Assembly (NCBI GenBank): GCA_011772205.1
Contig: WVZY01000076.1
Location: 114,567 to 178,566 of the forward strand
Direction: 5' to 3'
Length of the DNA stretch: 64,000 bases
DNA from: Candidatus Latescibacterota bacterium
GTDB lineage: Bacteria > Krumholzibacteriota > Krumholzibacteriia > WVZY01
In this document: piece by piece, positions 19,044 through 29,987 of the stretch
Layout: each line of letters starts with the position of its first letter
Position numbering within the stretch: position 1 is the stretch's first letter
The notes under the pieces: generated by a model
Database searches by the model: none
Told to the model about the DNA's origin: nothing
Seen by the model: the letters and a program-made list of their open reading frames with translations, nothing else
Translations under genes and position numbers: made by a program

Positions 19044-19960
19044 CTCTCCCTCCACTCGTCTATAACAGATATTGTCGGTTCCCGTGCACATGCATGGGAT
19101 ATCGTCAACTGCGTTTCCGATGGCATATATGTCCTTACGCTCCATTTCCTCTTACATTTGACCGACTCGGCGACCTGCTGAACTGCCGGTTGCTGTAAAT
19201 CCAGTGGACGGACCGGGCAGCAGCCGGTGAGCTCAATTGGAAAATACCGCACGGAGAATTTCATAATCCGTATCGCTGCAATGAGATATATAAACCTTTA
19301 ATGATGATTCTGGCGGTTGCTTGGCACTTGTTTTGCGATGACGAGAAGCTGGCAATGCGAGACTTGGAGAGATGAGGGGTAAGCATGTGTGAAGTGTTGG
19401 GTTTGGGATGATGTGGTGCAACGCATAGAGTGCTTCTCATCTCCTAATGGAAAAAGAGGGAGTCGGATCAAGCGTGGATTGGGAGGAACCACGTTGCGGT
19501 CCTTGGAAAGCCAGCTTTTAGCGGCCGGACACTTCGAACGAGGCACCTAACGGAGCAGTTAGGTAATCTTAACTTCGCGGCTAGCAACTGCAGAGGGTGT
19601 TGCTAAATGACCCGCCAATCGGGCGGGCTGTTCCGACGTGCTTCAGAGAGGAACACCATCGCTTGCAGGTCTTTTCAAAAGAGCTCCCTCTTTTTTCATT
19701 GCTCGTGCAGATGCTGGCTCAATCCGGTATTGAGTGGAAGAACGCGTCCCCGGGTTCCAAGCCTTTCCGACCGGCACGGCTCCTTCGAAGATAAGGGCAT
19801 GCGCAGGACTCATCATATTCTGCACTTAGAAATGCCTTGTAACGCCTGAGCCAGATCCCTATCATTAGCATAACTCGAATGCTTAAGAGCGGTTACCGCG
19901 CCGGCTAAGTATGGCTTGTTTTGCGGATAACTGCTTGCGCTTCTCCCTCTTCATGGCGGT

Positions 19961-22636
19961 GTGCTCATGCCTCATCGGCAGGTGGATAACAGCGTAGTCA
20001 AGAGAACTTTGCCCAATGGGCTTACTGTTTTGGTAAAGGAAGACCACTCCAGCCCCGTAGTCGCTATTAATGTGTGGATGAATGTCGGATCAGTTAATGA
20101 GGCTGAAGAAATGAGCGGTTTGGCCCATTTCCAAGAGCATATGGTTTTCAAAGGGACCGAAAAGTACGGGGTTGGAGAGATTGCCAACCTCATCAAATCG
20201 GCCGGAGGGAATTTGAATGCCGGAACGAGCTATTCCTACACGATGTACTATGTCGTGCTGCCTTCCCGAGCTTTCTCTCTCGGTCTTGCCGTTCAAGCGG
20301 ATGCAATGATGCACTCCACCTTCGATCCAGATGAGTTCAGGAAGGAAAGGATCGTCGTTTTGGACGAAGCCAGGATGTATGATGATCAACCGGATGCGTA
20401 CACTTTCTATCGGACCATGGAACTGGGTTTCAATGTCCACAACTACAGACGGCCGATTGCCGGTTATGAAAGCGTGTTGGAAAAAATAAGCAGAGATCAA
20501 CTGCTCGATTTCTACCGAACATATTACAGGCCGTCGAACGCTATCATCACTGTAGTAGGGGATGTGGACCTCAATAGAGCTTTCGATAAAATCGAGGAAG
20601 TCTACGGCGAATGGCAGGATCGCTCCTCACAGATTTATGAGTCACCTGAAGAGCCGGAGCAGAAGGAATTCCGCTTCAAGTCGTTCAGGGGTAGTATCGA
20701 TCATGCATATATGGGTCTAGGCTTCCATATTCCAGATATACTTCACGACGATTATCCCGCACTCGAAATGCTGACAGAACTCCTTGCCGCCGGACGGAGT
20801 TCCAGGCTTTATCTGAATGTACTGGAGAAAAAGCGCCTGCTAACGACGTTCCACGCAGAGGTGCTGGCGGAGAAGTGGCCGGGATTTTTCCAGATTTACG
20901 CATCGATGCCTGCGGAAAAATGGAATGCGGCAAGGAATGCAATCTTTGATGAGCTGCAGCGTTTCAAGAACGAAGCCGTGAGCGAGGAAGAGCTTATTAA
21001 AGCAAGGCGCCAGCTTCAGAAATCGATTTACTCCGAGCTGGAAACGATGGAAGGGCAAGCATCAAATCTCGGCTATTACGAAACGTTGGGGGATTATAGG
21101 CTGGCTGAAAGGCATCGCGAGGCGATCAGCAAAGTTACAGCAGATGAAATCGTCGCCGTTGCGAACAAGTATTTCAATCTGAAGAACTGTTCGGTGGTTG
21201 CCTATTTGCCGACGGACGATACAGTGCCGGAACCAGACGCCGGCGATGTGGAGAAGGTGTTGGAGCAGAGGCTTTCACGCCCCCCGGCGCCGGTGTCTTT
21301 TCAAACACCCAGGCCAGGGGAAAAAGGTCCTGCGCGCGCCAGCAAATCCAAGGCTGCTACCGTGAAGACCCGGCAAGCAGAGAAGACGCAAATAGAAATG
21401 CTGCGGCTGGCAAACGGCGTCCGCGTTCTCGTCAAAAGGAGGACTTCTGTCCCGCTCGTTGCGTTGATCACGATGGTTCAAGGCGGACCTCGCCTGGAGC
21501 CGAAAGGAAAGGCTGGCCTCTCCCTGCTCACCTTCCGTTCGCTCCTCAAGGGGACCGCATCCTTTTCTGCTGAGGACATCGCCAAGACGGTTGAGGGATT
21601 CGGGGGAAGCATCGAGAGCTTCTCCGGTTTCGACTCGGGAGGTGTTTTCGTCAACGTTTTATCGGATAATGCAGAGGCGGTTCTCCCCGTGTACAAGGAG
21701 ATTGTTCGCAGCCCGGATTTTTCCAAGAAAACGGTGGAAAAGGAAAAGGAAAAGCTTTTAGAGGAACTCGCGAAACGGCGTGATAACCCCATTCAGTTCG
21801 GAATCGACAATCTCTTTCTGAACGTCTTCGGTGATCATCCATATTCTCGTCCCTTTCTTGGTGAAGAATCCCAGGTTAAGCGGCTTGCAGCGGAAGACTG
21901 CAAGAAATGGTACGAGCGAATCCTCGTTCCCGACAATATCGTGCTGTGCTTCGTAGGGGATATTCCGAGGGACAGGGCTGTAGACATCGCCGAGCAGCTA
22001 TGCGGGGACCTGGAGATAAGCGAGGTACCGGAGCCCGAGATCGAAGCTCCTCAATATCCTGTGCATCCAGGCTTACATGAGCTCAGGCGCCCGCAGATCA
22101 AGCAAGCCGTTGCGTTGGCAGGATTCACCGCGCCGCCGATGATGAGCAAAGAAGCGATTAGTCTCGAGGTGCTGAACGGGATTCTCACGGGTCTCGGCGG
22201 AAGACTTTTCGTGGAGCTCAGGGATAAGCGCTCGCTCGGTTATATGACGGGATCCGCGCTTGTTTCACTGAAGGAACGTTCCTTGTTTTTTGGCTACGCG
22301 AATCCAACTCCGGACAGAGTAAATGAAGCCTTGGAGATTATCATCAATGAGCTGGTGAAGATGGGGGCAGAAACGGTGAGTGATGAAGAGTTCGAGCGGG
22401 CCAAGGAATGGCTGCTCGGCACCCAGATCATGAGGCTTCAGAGAAACCTGGCTCAGGCAGTTGCCTATGGGACATACGAGGTTCTCGGCTTCGGGTATGA
22501 TGTTGTGGACCGGACGCGGGAGATCATCCAGGAAATTACCAAGGCAGATATCATGAAATCAGCTGCTGCTGTCTTCGATGAGAATAAGGCCGCGCTTGTT
22601 GCACTTCTTCCCGGTGAAGGATCTTCTGACGAATGA
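19961..22636 (+). CDS. M16 family zinc peptidase, two tandem M16 units (insulinase/PqqL-like)
   Basis: Inverted zincin HxxEH motif (HFQEHMVFKGT) with downstream Glu. 891 aa with an active plus inactive M16 repeat organisation. GTG start, or an ATG two codons in. Confidence 0.85.
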   Translation: MLMPHRQVDNSVVKRTLPNGLTVLVKEDHSSPVVAINVWMNVGSVNEAEEMSGLAHFQEHMVFKGTEKYGVGEIANLIKSAGGNLNAGTSYSYTMYYVVLPSRAFSLGLAVQADAMMHSTFDPDEFRKERIVVLDEARMYDDQPDAYTFYRTMELGFNVHNYRRPIAGYESVLEKISRDQLLDFYRTYYRPSNAIITVVGDVDLNRAFDKIEEVYGEWQDRSSQIYESPEEPEQKEFRFKSFRGSIDHAYMGLGFHIPDILHDDYPALEMLTELLAAGRSSRLYLNVLEKKRLLTTFHAEVLAEKWPGFFQIYASMPAEKWNAARNAIFDELQRFKNEAVSEEELIKARRQLQKSIYSELETMEGQASNLGYYETLGDYRLAERHREAISKVTADEIVAVANKYFNLKNCSVVAYLPTDDTVPEPDAGDVEKVLEQRLSRPPAPVSFQTPRPGEKGPARASKSKAATVKTRQAEKTQIEMLRLANGVRVLVKRRTSVPLVALITMVQGGPRLEPKGKAGLSLLTFRSLLKGTASFSAEDIAKTVEGFGGSIESFSGFDSGGVFVNVLSDNAEAVLPVYKEIVRSPDFSKKTVEKEKEKLLEELAKRRDNPIQFGIDNLFLNVFGDHPYSRPFLGEESQVKRLAAEDCKKWYERILVPDNIVLCFVGDIPRDRAVDIAEQLCGDLEISEVPEPEIEAPQYPVHPGLHELRRPQIKQAVALAGFTAPPMMSKEAISLEVLNGILTGLGGRLFVELRDKRSLGYMTGSALVSLKERSLFFGYANPTPDRVNEALEIIINELVKMGAETVSDEEFERAKEWLLGTQIMRLQRNLAQAVAYGTYEVLGFGYDVVDRTREIIQEITKADIMKSAAAVFDENKAALVALLPGEGSSDE

Positions 22637-22662
22637 TTGTTCACCAAATTCCCTTCATCATC

Positions 22663-23451
22663 TCACGTAGCGGAGGCAGGGCTCGGGACGGTTTCTTCCG
22701 TTCCCAAGCCGAAGTTCTTGAGCAAGTCGTTCCTGAGGGTTTTCGTATCGATCTTCCGCTTTAGCTTTCCTCCCTGTGCATATGCGATGGTTCGTGTTTC
22801 TTCCGAGACCACGATGATGATTGCATCGGTCTCTTCGGATAAACCGAGGGCGGCGCGGTGACGTGTGCCGAGGGTTGCGGATAGCCGCTGGTCTTGTGTC
22901 AAGGGGAGAATACATCCCGCTGCGACAACCCGATCGTTCTGTATGATCACGGCGCCGTCGTGCAGGGGGCTTGGGGGGGTGAAAATCGTTTCTAGAAGCT
23001 CCGCGCCCACTTTAGCGTCGATTTTGGTGCCGGTTTCCACGTAGTTTTTCAAACCCATATCCTTTTCCAAAACGATGAGCGCGCCAAGCCCTTTCTCGGT
23101 CAGGTGGGTGCACGCTTTGATGATTTCGGGGATGATCCCGGTCTCTTCCACTCTAAAGTATCGGCGAAGAAAGCTGTGCTGCCCGATGGAAGCGAGGGCC
23201 CGGCGCAATTCGGGCTGAAAAATGATGACGAAAGCGATGACCCAAACCGTCTTGAGGCTCGAAATGATCCAGTTCAGCGCGATGAGGTTGATCCATTGGG
23301 CAGCTACGGAGAGGACGAAGAGGATAATGAGCCCGATGAACATGTGCACCGCTCGGGTTCCCTTCATCAGAATGAAAAGCCTGTAGAGCAGATAGGACAC
23401 GACCAGGATGTCGAGTATGTCGATTATTAGATCTGTAGAAATGAAGCCCAT
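22663..23451 (-). CDS. cdaA: diadenylate cyclase (c-di-AMP synthase)
   Basis: Three N-terminal TMs plus a DAC domain (DGAVII…, LGTRHRAALG, and the RTIAYA-type motifs). Confidence 0.88.
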   Translation of the reverse strand: MGFISTDLIIDILDILVVSYLLYRLFILMKGTRAVHMFIGLIILFVLSVAAQWINLIALNWIISSLKTVWVIAFVIIFQPELRRALASIGQHSFLRRYFRVEETGIIPEIIKACTHLTEKGLGALIVLEKDMGLKNYVETGTKIDAKVGAELLETIFTPPSPLHDGAVIIQNDRVVAAGCILPLTQDQRLSATLGTRHRAALGLSEETDAIIIVVSEETRTIAYAQGGKLKRKIDTKTLRNDLLKNFGLGTEETVPSPASAT

Positions 23452-23478
23452 CGAAATCCCATCGTAAGGGTGAGGATT

Positions 23479-24372
23479 CTAGCTGTCTATAGAGTATGCA
23501 CTCCCATCGGCCATCGCGTCCAGCACCTTCAGCAGCTCGACCGTTTCCTTTACATCATGCACCCTGATGATCTCAACGCTTTCGGACCAGCAACGAGCAG
23601 CTACTGCGAGACTTCCGGAAAGCCTATGATCAGCGTCCGCATCGAGGAGTTTTCCTAGAAAGCTCTTACGAGACCCTCCAACGAGAACGGGATACCCGAG
23701 GGACCTGATTTTTCCGATGTTGTCGAGTAGTGCGAGATTGTCACAAAGGCGCTTGCCAAATCCAATTCCCGGATCGACAACGATGGAATCCCCAGCGATG
23801 CCTTTTCCCCTTAGTTGGTGGGCACGTTCAGATAGAAAGTCTGTGACTTCGCGGACAACATTGGAGTAAGTCGGATCGTCCTGCATTGTCTTTGGATCGC
23901 CTTTCATGTGCATGATGACTACCGGCGCCTTGTACCTCAGGAGCACTTCGACCATCCTCGGATCGCGGCAAGCACAAACGGCGTTGATCATATGGCAGCC
24001 GAGCCTGAGGGCTTCCTCCGCGATGAAGGGTTTCTGCGTGTCCACTGAGATAGGAATCTGAATCTTCCCAATAATGGCTTCAAGAACCGGCCCGATCCTG
24101 TCGAGCTCGGTCTCCTCCGAGACAGGATCGGACCCGGGGCGGGTGGATTCACCGCCGATATCGAGGATATCAGCCCCATCTTCCGCGAGCTCGAATGCCC
24201 TCTCGATTGCTCTTTCGCTATCGATGTATCGTCCGCCATCGGAAAAAGAGTCGGGGGTCACGTTGAGGATCCCCATAACGAGAGGAGTCCGAACGAACGA
24301 GAGGCTCACATCACGACAGCGCAATGAACGGATTCTTTCGTGGTTAGAGAATTGTTTCATGCCGGGAATCAT
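23479..24372 (-). CDS. folP: dihydropteroate synthase
   Basis: Pterin-binding domain ([31 protein letters not shown]). Its stop overlaps ftsH by 4 nt. Confidence 0.9.
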   Translation of the reverse strand: MIPGMKQFSNHERIRSLRCRDVSLSFVRTPLVMGILNVTPDSFSDGGRYIDSERAIERAFELAEDGADILDIGGESTRPGSDPVSEETELDRIGPVLEAIIGKIQIPISVDTQKPFIAEEALRLGCHMINAVCACRDPRMVEVLLRYKAPVVIMHMKGDPKTMQDDPTYSNVVREVTDFLSERAHQLRGKGIAGDSIVVDPGIGFGKRLCDNLALLDNIGKIRSLGYPVLVGGSRKSFLGKLLDADADHRLSGSLAVAARCWSESVEIIRVHDVKETVELLKVLDAMADGSAYSIDS

Positions 24373-26426
24373 TCGGCCAGGCTGGTGTCGGGCTCGGCAA
24401 ATGGAGGCGGTTTTTTCGGGAGCGCGTCCTTGTCTGCCTCGGTTGCAGCATCTTTTGGTTTCTCACCCGGATGCTCTTTATCGGCGGATTTTATCTTCAA
24501 TGGAGGCAGCTCACCGCCTTTTAGAAGGATATCGATCTCCTCCCTGTCCAATGTCTCTCTTTCGAGGAGCGCGTCGGCAACGGCGTGCAGCTGGTCCATA
24601 TTTTCCTCGAGGATCTTTTTGGCCCGGTCGTAACATTCTGTGATGATTCTGCTGACCTCTTCGTCGATCGCTTGGGCCGTTGTTTCACTGTAGTCCTGGT
24701 GTTGAGCAATCTCCCGACCCAAGAAGATCTGCTCCTCTCTCTCACCAAAGGAGATCGGTCCGAGATTTGAGCTCATACCCCAGCGCATAACCATTTTTCG
24801 AACGAGCTTCGTGGCCATTTCGATATCCTGCTGAGCGCCGCTTCCCATGCGATTCAAGATGAGCTGCTCAGCCACCCTGCCGCCGAGGGACTGGGTAATA
24901 GTGTCGAGGCACCAATCTTTTGACACCTCTGTCCGGTCATCCTCCGGGAGGAAAAACGTGACCCCTCCCGCCCGACCGCGTGGGATTATGGTCACCTTAT
25001 GAATCGGGTCGGAGTATTTTAGCTGCGCGCCCACCACGGCATGACCGGCCTCGTGGTATGCGGTGAGGCGTTTGACATCTTCTTTGATAATACGACTCTT
25101 TTTCTCCGGTCCGAGCAGAATCTTATCCTTGGCTTCTTCGAATTCCTCCATCGACACCTTGTTCTTGTCGTACCGTGCTGCCAGAAGGGCCGCTTCGTTT
25201 ACCATATTGGCCAGATCGGCACCGCTCATCCCTGGAGTTCCTCTGGCAAGCACATGCAGGTCAACATCTTCAGCAAGCGGGATTTTTCTCGTGTGCACTT
25301 TGAAAATCCCCTCGCGCCCGTGGACGTCAGGCATGTCAACGATGATTCTCCTGTCGAAACGACCGGGTCTCAGGAGTGCCGGGTCGAGAACGTCAGGGCG
25401 GTTTGTCGCCGCAAGCAGGATCACGCCTTCATTACTCTCAAACCCATCCATCTCGACGAGGAGCTGGTTCAATGTCTGTTCCCGCTCGTCGTGCCCTCCA
25501 CCGAGTCCGGCACCGCGATGGCGTCCCACAGCGTCGAGCTCATCGATGAAAAGGATGCAGGGCGCATGTTTTTTCCCTTGATCGAAAAGATCCCTTACAC
25601 GGGAGGCGCCGACACCGACGAACATTTCGACGAAATCCGAGCCGCTCATCGAGAAGAACGGAACATTTGCCTCGCCGGCTACGGCTCTGGCGAGAAGCGT
25701 CTTTCCGGTGCCGGGCGGACCCAGAAGCAGAGCTCCCTTGGGAATTCGGCCGCCGAGTTTTTGAAACTTCTTGGGGTCTTTGAGGAACTCAATGATTTCC
25801 TGAAGCTCTTCTTTCGCCTCGTCAGTCCCGGCCACGTCCTCAAACGTTATGCGCGGGCGGTCGCCACCGAACATTCTCGCGCGGCTCTTCCCAAAACTGA
25901 AAGCGCGGTTCCCGCCCGCCTGCATTTGTCGCATGATCAGGAGCCACAATCCCACGATCAACAGGAGGGGAAGGCCCGAAGTGAGGAGTTTCACCCAAAG
26001 GCTTCCGCCAGGGATCTCGCCCTCGATGATGGCATTCTCGTTTTTCTCGAGAATCCTTTGAGGGATGTCCTTGTCCTCTGCCGGAAGAATGAGAGAGAAA
26101 TTCTCTACCCGCAGTTCCCGCTGCTTTCCTTCGGATGCATCGGGAGGGCCAACGGGAATGATGGTCGGGGCGAGCAGCGTTCCGTGAACTTCCAAACCCT
26201 TAATGACGATTTTCTTGATATTGCCCGTTTCAACCTGCCTGATGAACTCGGAATAGGAGATCCGGTACTCCGGCGTTTTTCCCATCTCGAACATCTGGAA
26301 AGCGATGAGCAAGATCAGGACGAGAATTACCCAGAAGACCATTGCCTTGAATGGCTTGCCGGGCTTTGCCAGGCCGGGTTTCTTGGGAGCGCCGGGTTTC
26401 CTGGGTCCTTCTTCGTACTCAGGCAT
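24369..26426 (-). CDS. ftsH: ATP-dependent zinc metalloprotease FtsH
   Basis: AAA Walker A (GPPGTGKT), the SRF region, and an HEAGH zinc site. Start trimmed to the ATG (MPEYEEG) preceded by AAAGAGAGAGG; the longest ORF begins with TTG. Confidence 0.93.
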   Translation of the reverse strand: MPEYEEGPRKPGAPKKPGLAKPGKPFKAMVFWVILVLILLIAFQMFEMGKTPEYRISYSEFIRQVETGNIKKIVIKGLEVHGTLLAPTIIPVGPPDASEGKQRELRVENFSLILPAEDKDIPQRILEKNENAIIEGEIPGGSLWVKLLTSGLPLLLIVGLWLLIMRQMQAGGNRAFSFGKSRARMFGGDRPRITFEDVAGTDEAKEELQEIIEFLKDPKKFQKLGGRIPKGALLLGPPGTGKTLLARAVAGEANVPFFSMSGSDFVEMFVGVGASRVRDLFDQGKKHAPCILFIDELDAVGRHRGAGLGGGHDEREQTLNQLLVEMDGFESNEGVILLAATNRPDVLDPALLRPGRFDRRIIVDMPDVHGREGIFKVHTRKIPLAEDVDLHVLARGTPGMSGADLANMVNEAALLAARYDKNKVSMEEFEEAKDKILLGPEKKSRIIKEDVKRLTAYHEAGHAVVGAQLKYSDPIHKVTIIPRGRAGGVTFFLPEDDRTEVSKDWCLDTITQSLGGRVAEQLILNRMGSGAQQDIEMATKLVRKMVMRWGMSSNLGPISFGEREEQIFLGREIAQHQDYSETTAQAIDEEVSRIITECYDRAKKILEENMDQLHAVADALLERETLDREEIDILLKGGELPPLKIKSADKEHPGEKPKDAATEADKDALPKKPPPFAEPDTSLAE

Positions 26427-26452
26427 GTGGGATCCGCCTCTCTCTTTCAAGG

Positions 26453-27004
26453 CTATAAGTTTTTATAATGCAATAGCTTAGCAATATAAGGGAGGTTACG
26501 GAAATTTTCTTGATAATCCAGCCCGTACCCGACGACAAATACGCTTGGAATGTCCTTCCCTACATATTTCATTGAAATGCCGCTTTTTAGGGCGGGTGGC
26601 TTCCGTAATAGGGCGCAGACTTCAAGCGATTTCGGGGATCGGAGCCTCAACATATTAAAAATATAAGTCAGAGTCCTTCCACTGTCTATGACATCTTCCA
26701 CGACGAGCACATGCCGTCCCTCTATATTGCTGCTGAGATCTTGGACGATTCTCACCACTCCGCTCGAGCTGGTGTTGTTTCCATAGCTCGAAACGTTGAG
26801 GAAATCAATGTGATGTGGAATGGTCATCTGTCGCATGAGGTCGGCAAGAAAAACCACTCCGCCTTTCAATAGGTTCACCAGCACCGGTTGCTTTCTTTCA
26901 TAGTCGGCGCAAATCTCGCGCCCGAGACGGCCGACGACTTCAGCGATTTCCTCAGCGCTGAGCAAAATCTCGCCAAGCTCATATTGTGACGATGTATGGC
27001 TCAT
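26453..27004 (-). CDS. hpt: hypoxanthine phosphoribosyltransferase
   Basis: PRPP-binding motif ([13 protein letters not shown]). 183 aa. Typical tilS-hpt-ftsH synteny. Confidence 0.9.
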   Translation of the reverse strand: MSHTSSQYELGEILLSAEEIAEVVGRLGREICADYERKQPVLVNLLKGGVVFLADLMRQMTIPHHIDFLNVSSYGNNTSSSGVVRIVQDLSSNIEGRHVLVVEDVIDSGRTLTYIFNMLRLRSPKSLEVCALLRKPPALKSGISMKYVGKDIPSVFVVGYGLDYQENFRNLPYIAKLLHYKNL

Positions 27005-27021
27005 ACAACTCGTAGCTTATT

Positions 27022-28482
27022 TTATTCCCGTTCGATGGTAATTTTTAGAATTTTTTCCGTATTTTTTTCGATCCGTCCTCTCTCGCTCGTCGTCACGCCT
27101 ATGAGCCAGAGAATACCACTGGCGTCTGAGACGACCAACGCACGTGATCTTTCTCTACCTGGTATTTTCTTGTCGATGAAAATATCGCTGAGTTTCTTGG
27201 ATCCGCGCATTCCGAAAGGCTGCATTCTATCTCCTGGTCGGGGCCTTCGAATCGTAACCGGTGGGGAAATCAGATCCAGAGCAAAATACGCCGAATCGCC
27301 AACCGATTGGAAAGAATTGCCTGTCAATTTGGATTCCTCATGCACTTCCGTTTTGATGATCATTCCGGCCGCAGAAGCCTGTCCAGGAATGGGAAGCGTC
27401 AGGTCGATGGGACTCGGTTCTCGCGGCTTTGATGTTTTTGTCTGAAGGGTGAAGATGAGATTTTCGAACTCCCTTTTAGCGGACAGTCCGGGAAGCGAAA
27501 GTTTTTTCCCAGACACGGAGCTATCTTTGGCAAAACGGACTAGCTGCTCGTAGTGGGATCGGGTGAAATCCATATCGAGTTGCATCACCTCTGCGAACAA
27601 ATCTCCGAACAAGATGACGAGCGATGTTTCGTCGAGTCCCGATAGCTTTGCCACATTCAGCATCCATTCGTTTTCGGACACCTGCCTTGAATGCCGTTTG
27701 AGAAGCGGTCCGGTGCGTTCGCGGATGGAAGTGATGAGCGCCTTGGCGTTCTCGGAAACACGGAGGATATTCTCATCGATTGAAGGGTGGAGCTTTCTCA
27801 AGGAAGGTAGGAGCTGGAGCCGGATTTTGTTTCTGAAAAACTGGGGATCCGTGTTCGAAGGATCGGTGACAAAGAGAATATTCAGAGCGTTGCAATAGGT
27901 CAGCGTCTCGTTTCTCTCCAACTGGATCAGCGGGCGAATGAGTTTGCCCCGTTGCGTGGGGATTCCGGCAAGCCCGCGAACGCCAGAGCCCCTTAGAAAG
28001 CGCATGATGACCGTCTCCACTTGGTCGTTTTTGGTATGACCCGTGGCAATTCGGTCCGCTCCAATTTCATTTGCAGTGTGCAAGAAGAATCGGTATCGCG
28101 CTTTTCTTGCGGCTTCCTCGATAGGCTCCCGGGCGGATTCGGCCAGGGAGCGCACATCTTCTGATTCCGCGTACACATCGAGCGCGCAGGATCTTGCAAA
28201 GTCCTCTACGACCTTGCGGTCTAGCTTGCTGGATTCTCTCAGACTGTGGTCGAAATGCGCCACGGCCAGCTGGAAATGGAGCTCCTCGGATAACCGGTGG
28301 AGGATTGACAGCATGGCCATGGAATCTTGACCGCCCGATACGGCAGCGAGGATGAGAGCATCCTTCGGGATCAACTCCTCGGATACAATGAACCACTTGA
28401 CCGTTTCTTCGAGTCTCCTCGCATGCTCCGCCGGATCAGCGGGATTCCGCGGGGAGTACCGCTTTTTCGATTCGAGGATCAA
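27022..28482 (-). CDS. tilS: tRNA(Ile)-lysidine synthetase
   Basis: PP-loop SGGQDS and a TilS body. Start moved to a TTG with a strong AAGGAG ribosome-binding site, because the longest ORF runs through the upstream tRNA gene. Confidence 0.8.
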   Translation of the reverse strand: MILESKKRYSPRNPADPAEHARRLEETVKWFIVSEELIPKDALILAAVSGGQDSMAMLSILHRLSEELHFQLAVAHFDHSLRESSKLDRKVVEDFARSCALDVYAESEDVRSLAESAREPIEEAARKARYRFFLHTANEIGADRIATGHTKNDQVETVIMRFLRGSGVRGLAGIPTQRGKLIRPLIQLERNETLTYCNALNILFVTDPSNTDPQFFRNKIRLQLLPSLRKLHPSIDENILRVSENAKALITSIRERTGPLLKRHSRQVSENEWMLNVAKLSGLDETSLVILFGDLFAEVMQLDMDFTRSHYEQLVRFAKDSSVSGKKLSLPGLSAKREFENLIFTLQTKTSKPREPSPIDLTLPIPGQASAAGMIIKTEVHEESKLTGNSFQSVGDSAYFALDLISPPVTIRRPRPGDRMQPFGMRGSKKLSDIFIDKKIPGRERSRALVVSDASGILWLIGVTTSERGRIEKNTEKILKITIERE

Positions 28483-28557
28483 GGGGATCTCCTTGGCAGA
28501 TGGCGTCTGCGCAGATAGGGAAGGATCCAGACAGTAAGCTTCAAAGTATGAAGGAAA

Positions 28558-28634
28558 TGGTGGCGGTGCAGGGATTCGAACCCCGGACACGAAGATTATG
28601 ATTCTCCTGCTCTGACCAGCTGAGCTACACCGCC
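28558..28634 (-). tRNA. tRNA with CAT anticodon (elongator Met or tRNA-Ile2/lysidine type), CCA encoded
   Basis: Manual cloverleaf: acceptor GGCGGTG/CACCGCC, D arm GCTC-AGCTGGTC-AGAGC, anticodon stem-loop GGAGA-ATCATAA-TCTTC, T arm CGGGG-TTCGAAT-CCCTG, then a discriminator A and CCA. The G1-C72 pair means it is not an initiator. Confidence 0.8.
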
Positions 28635-28899
28635 TAACCTTTAATTAACGCTCCCTTAATCTATCCGACGATCCCCTAGTTGTCAATAGGCTGCTATTTG
28701 ATGGCCATATCGGGTGGTCCAACTGCATGCCTCCGTTTGCTGTATGTCCGCAGCCGGAAGTGTACGGAGTGATCCTGGCAGCAGAAAAAAGCGCTTGCCC
28801 GGGAATCGGAGGAGAAAAAGTGGGACGGGCATTCTGCTTTTATAGTAGAATACAGGATTGCTGTACAATCAGTTGCATGCACAATAGGCAGGAATTTCG

Positions 28900-29895
28900 A
28901 TGAAGATTTATCGGCAAGCAGATCTTTCGCGGAACCTCCTTCTCGACCAAACCATAGCTGTTCTGGGATACGGCAATCAGGGACACGCCCATGCGCTGAA
29001 CCTGAAGGAAAGCGGGATTCATGTCGTCGTAGGAGCCCGTCCTGGCGGGAGCGCCTGGCGTCGCGCGCAAATGGATGGGTTTGAACCGGGCACCATCCAA
29101 GGGGCAACGGAAACCGCCGATTGCATAGCGATTCTGCTCCCCGATGAAGTTCAAAGCGCCGTGTTCCAAAACGAGGTTGCGCCGTTTCTCAAAGCGGATG
29201 CAACGCTTGTTTTTGCTCATGGATTTACAATTACATTTGGCTTGATCAAGCCGCCGGAAGACCGCGATGTGGTTCTCGTTGCCCCGAAGGGGCAGGGGCA
29301 CTATCTGCGCAAGCTGTTCAGCGAGGGAAAGAGCCTGCCATGCCTCGTTGGGGTCGAGCAGGATGTGTCGGGATCCGCGCTGGAGAAAGCGCTATCTTAC
29401 GCGTCTCTCATTGGTTGCCTGCCCGCCGGAGCGATCGAGACAAGTTTCAAAGAGGAGGCGGTCACCGATTTGTTCGGCGAGCAGGTGGTATTGTGTGGGG
29501 GCGTACCTGAGTTGGTGAAGGCAGCGTTCGAAATTCTCGTGGATAACGGCTACCGTCCTGAAGTCGCGTATCTCGAGTGTCTCCACGAGCTTAAGATCAT
29601 TACTGACCTCATGCACAAGGGGGGTATTGCATCTATGAAGGAGCATATCAGCCGGACTGCCGCTTGGGGAAGTTTTGAAACGGGGAGGAGCGTTATCTCT
29701 TCGCATACACGGGCCAAATTGGAAGAAGTTCTCAAAACCATCGAGTCCGGCGAGTTCGCGCGCAAATGGGAGGCGGAAGCGGCTGGCGGACAAAAGCGAT
29801 TGAAAGCCGCTCTCGAAGAGGAACGATCTCACTCTGTCGAGTCAGCGGGAAAACGGATTCGTGCGCTCATGCCGTATCTGGATGACAACGATTGA
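28900..29895 (+). CDS. ilvC: ketol-acid reductoisomerase
   Basis: Class I KARI N-terminus (IAVLGYGNQGHAHALNLKESG) and the conserved C-terminal helical domain. Confidence 0.92.
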   Translation: MKIYRQADLSRNLLLDQTIAVLGYGNQGHAHALNLKESGIHVVVGARPGGSAWRRAQMDGFEPGTIQGATETADCIAILLPDEVQSAVFQNEVAPFLKADATLVFAHGFTITFGLIKPPEDRDVVLVAPKGQGHYLRKLFSEGKSLPCLVGVEQDVSGSALEKALSYASLIGCLPAGAIETSFKEEAVTDLFGEQVVLCGGVPELVKAAFEILVDNGYRPEVAYLECLHELKIITDLMHKGGIASMKEHISRTAAWGSFETGRSVISSHTRAKLEEVLKTIESGEFARKWEAEAAGGQKRLKAALEEERSHSVESAGKRIRALMPYLDDND

Positions 29896-29987
29896 GCGCA
29901 AGCTGTTGTGGGAAAAAAGGTTCAGCTGTTGCTGAACCGGGTTGCCCAACTCGGGCTGATCCATTACGGATCTCGGAGGTGGACGCT

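Noticed and set aside
27022-28590. Full-length 522-aa TilS ORF starting at 28590.
   Set aside because: Its first ~11 codons are the 3' half of the CAT-anticodon tRNA gene (28558–28634). A TTG with an AAGGAG ribosome-binding site at 28482 gives a normal TilS N-terminus.
29892-29987. N-terminal 32 codons of the longest lipoprotein ORF overlapping the ilvC 3' end.
   Set aside because: The internal ATG at 29988 has a strong GGAGGTG ribosome-binding site and begins a proper signal peptide. The upstream extension is Cys/Gly-rich junk.
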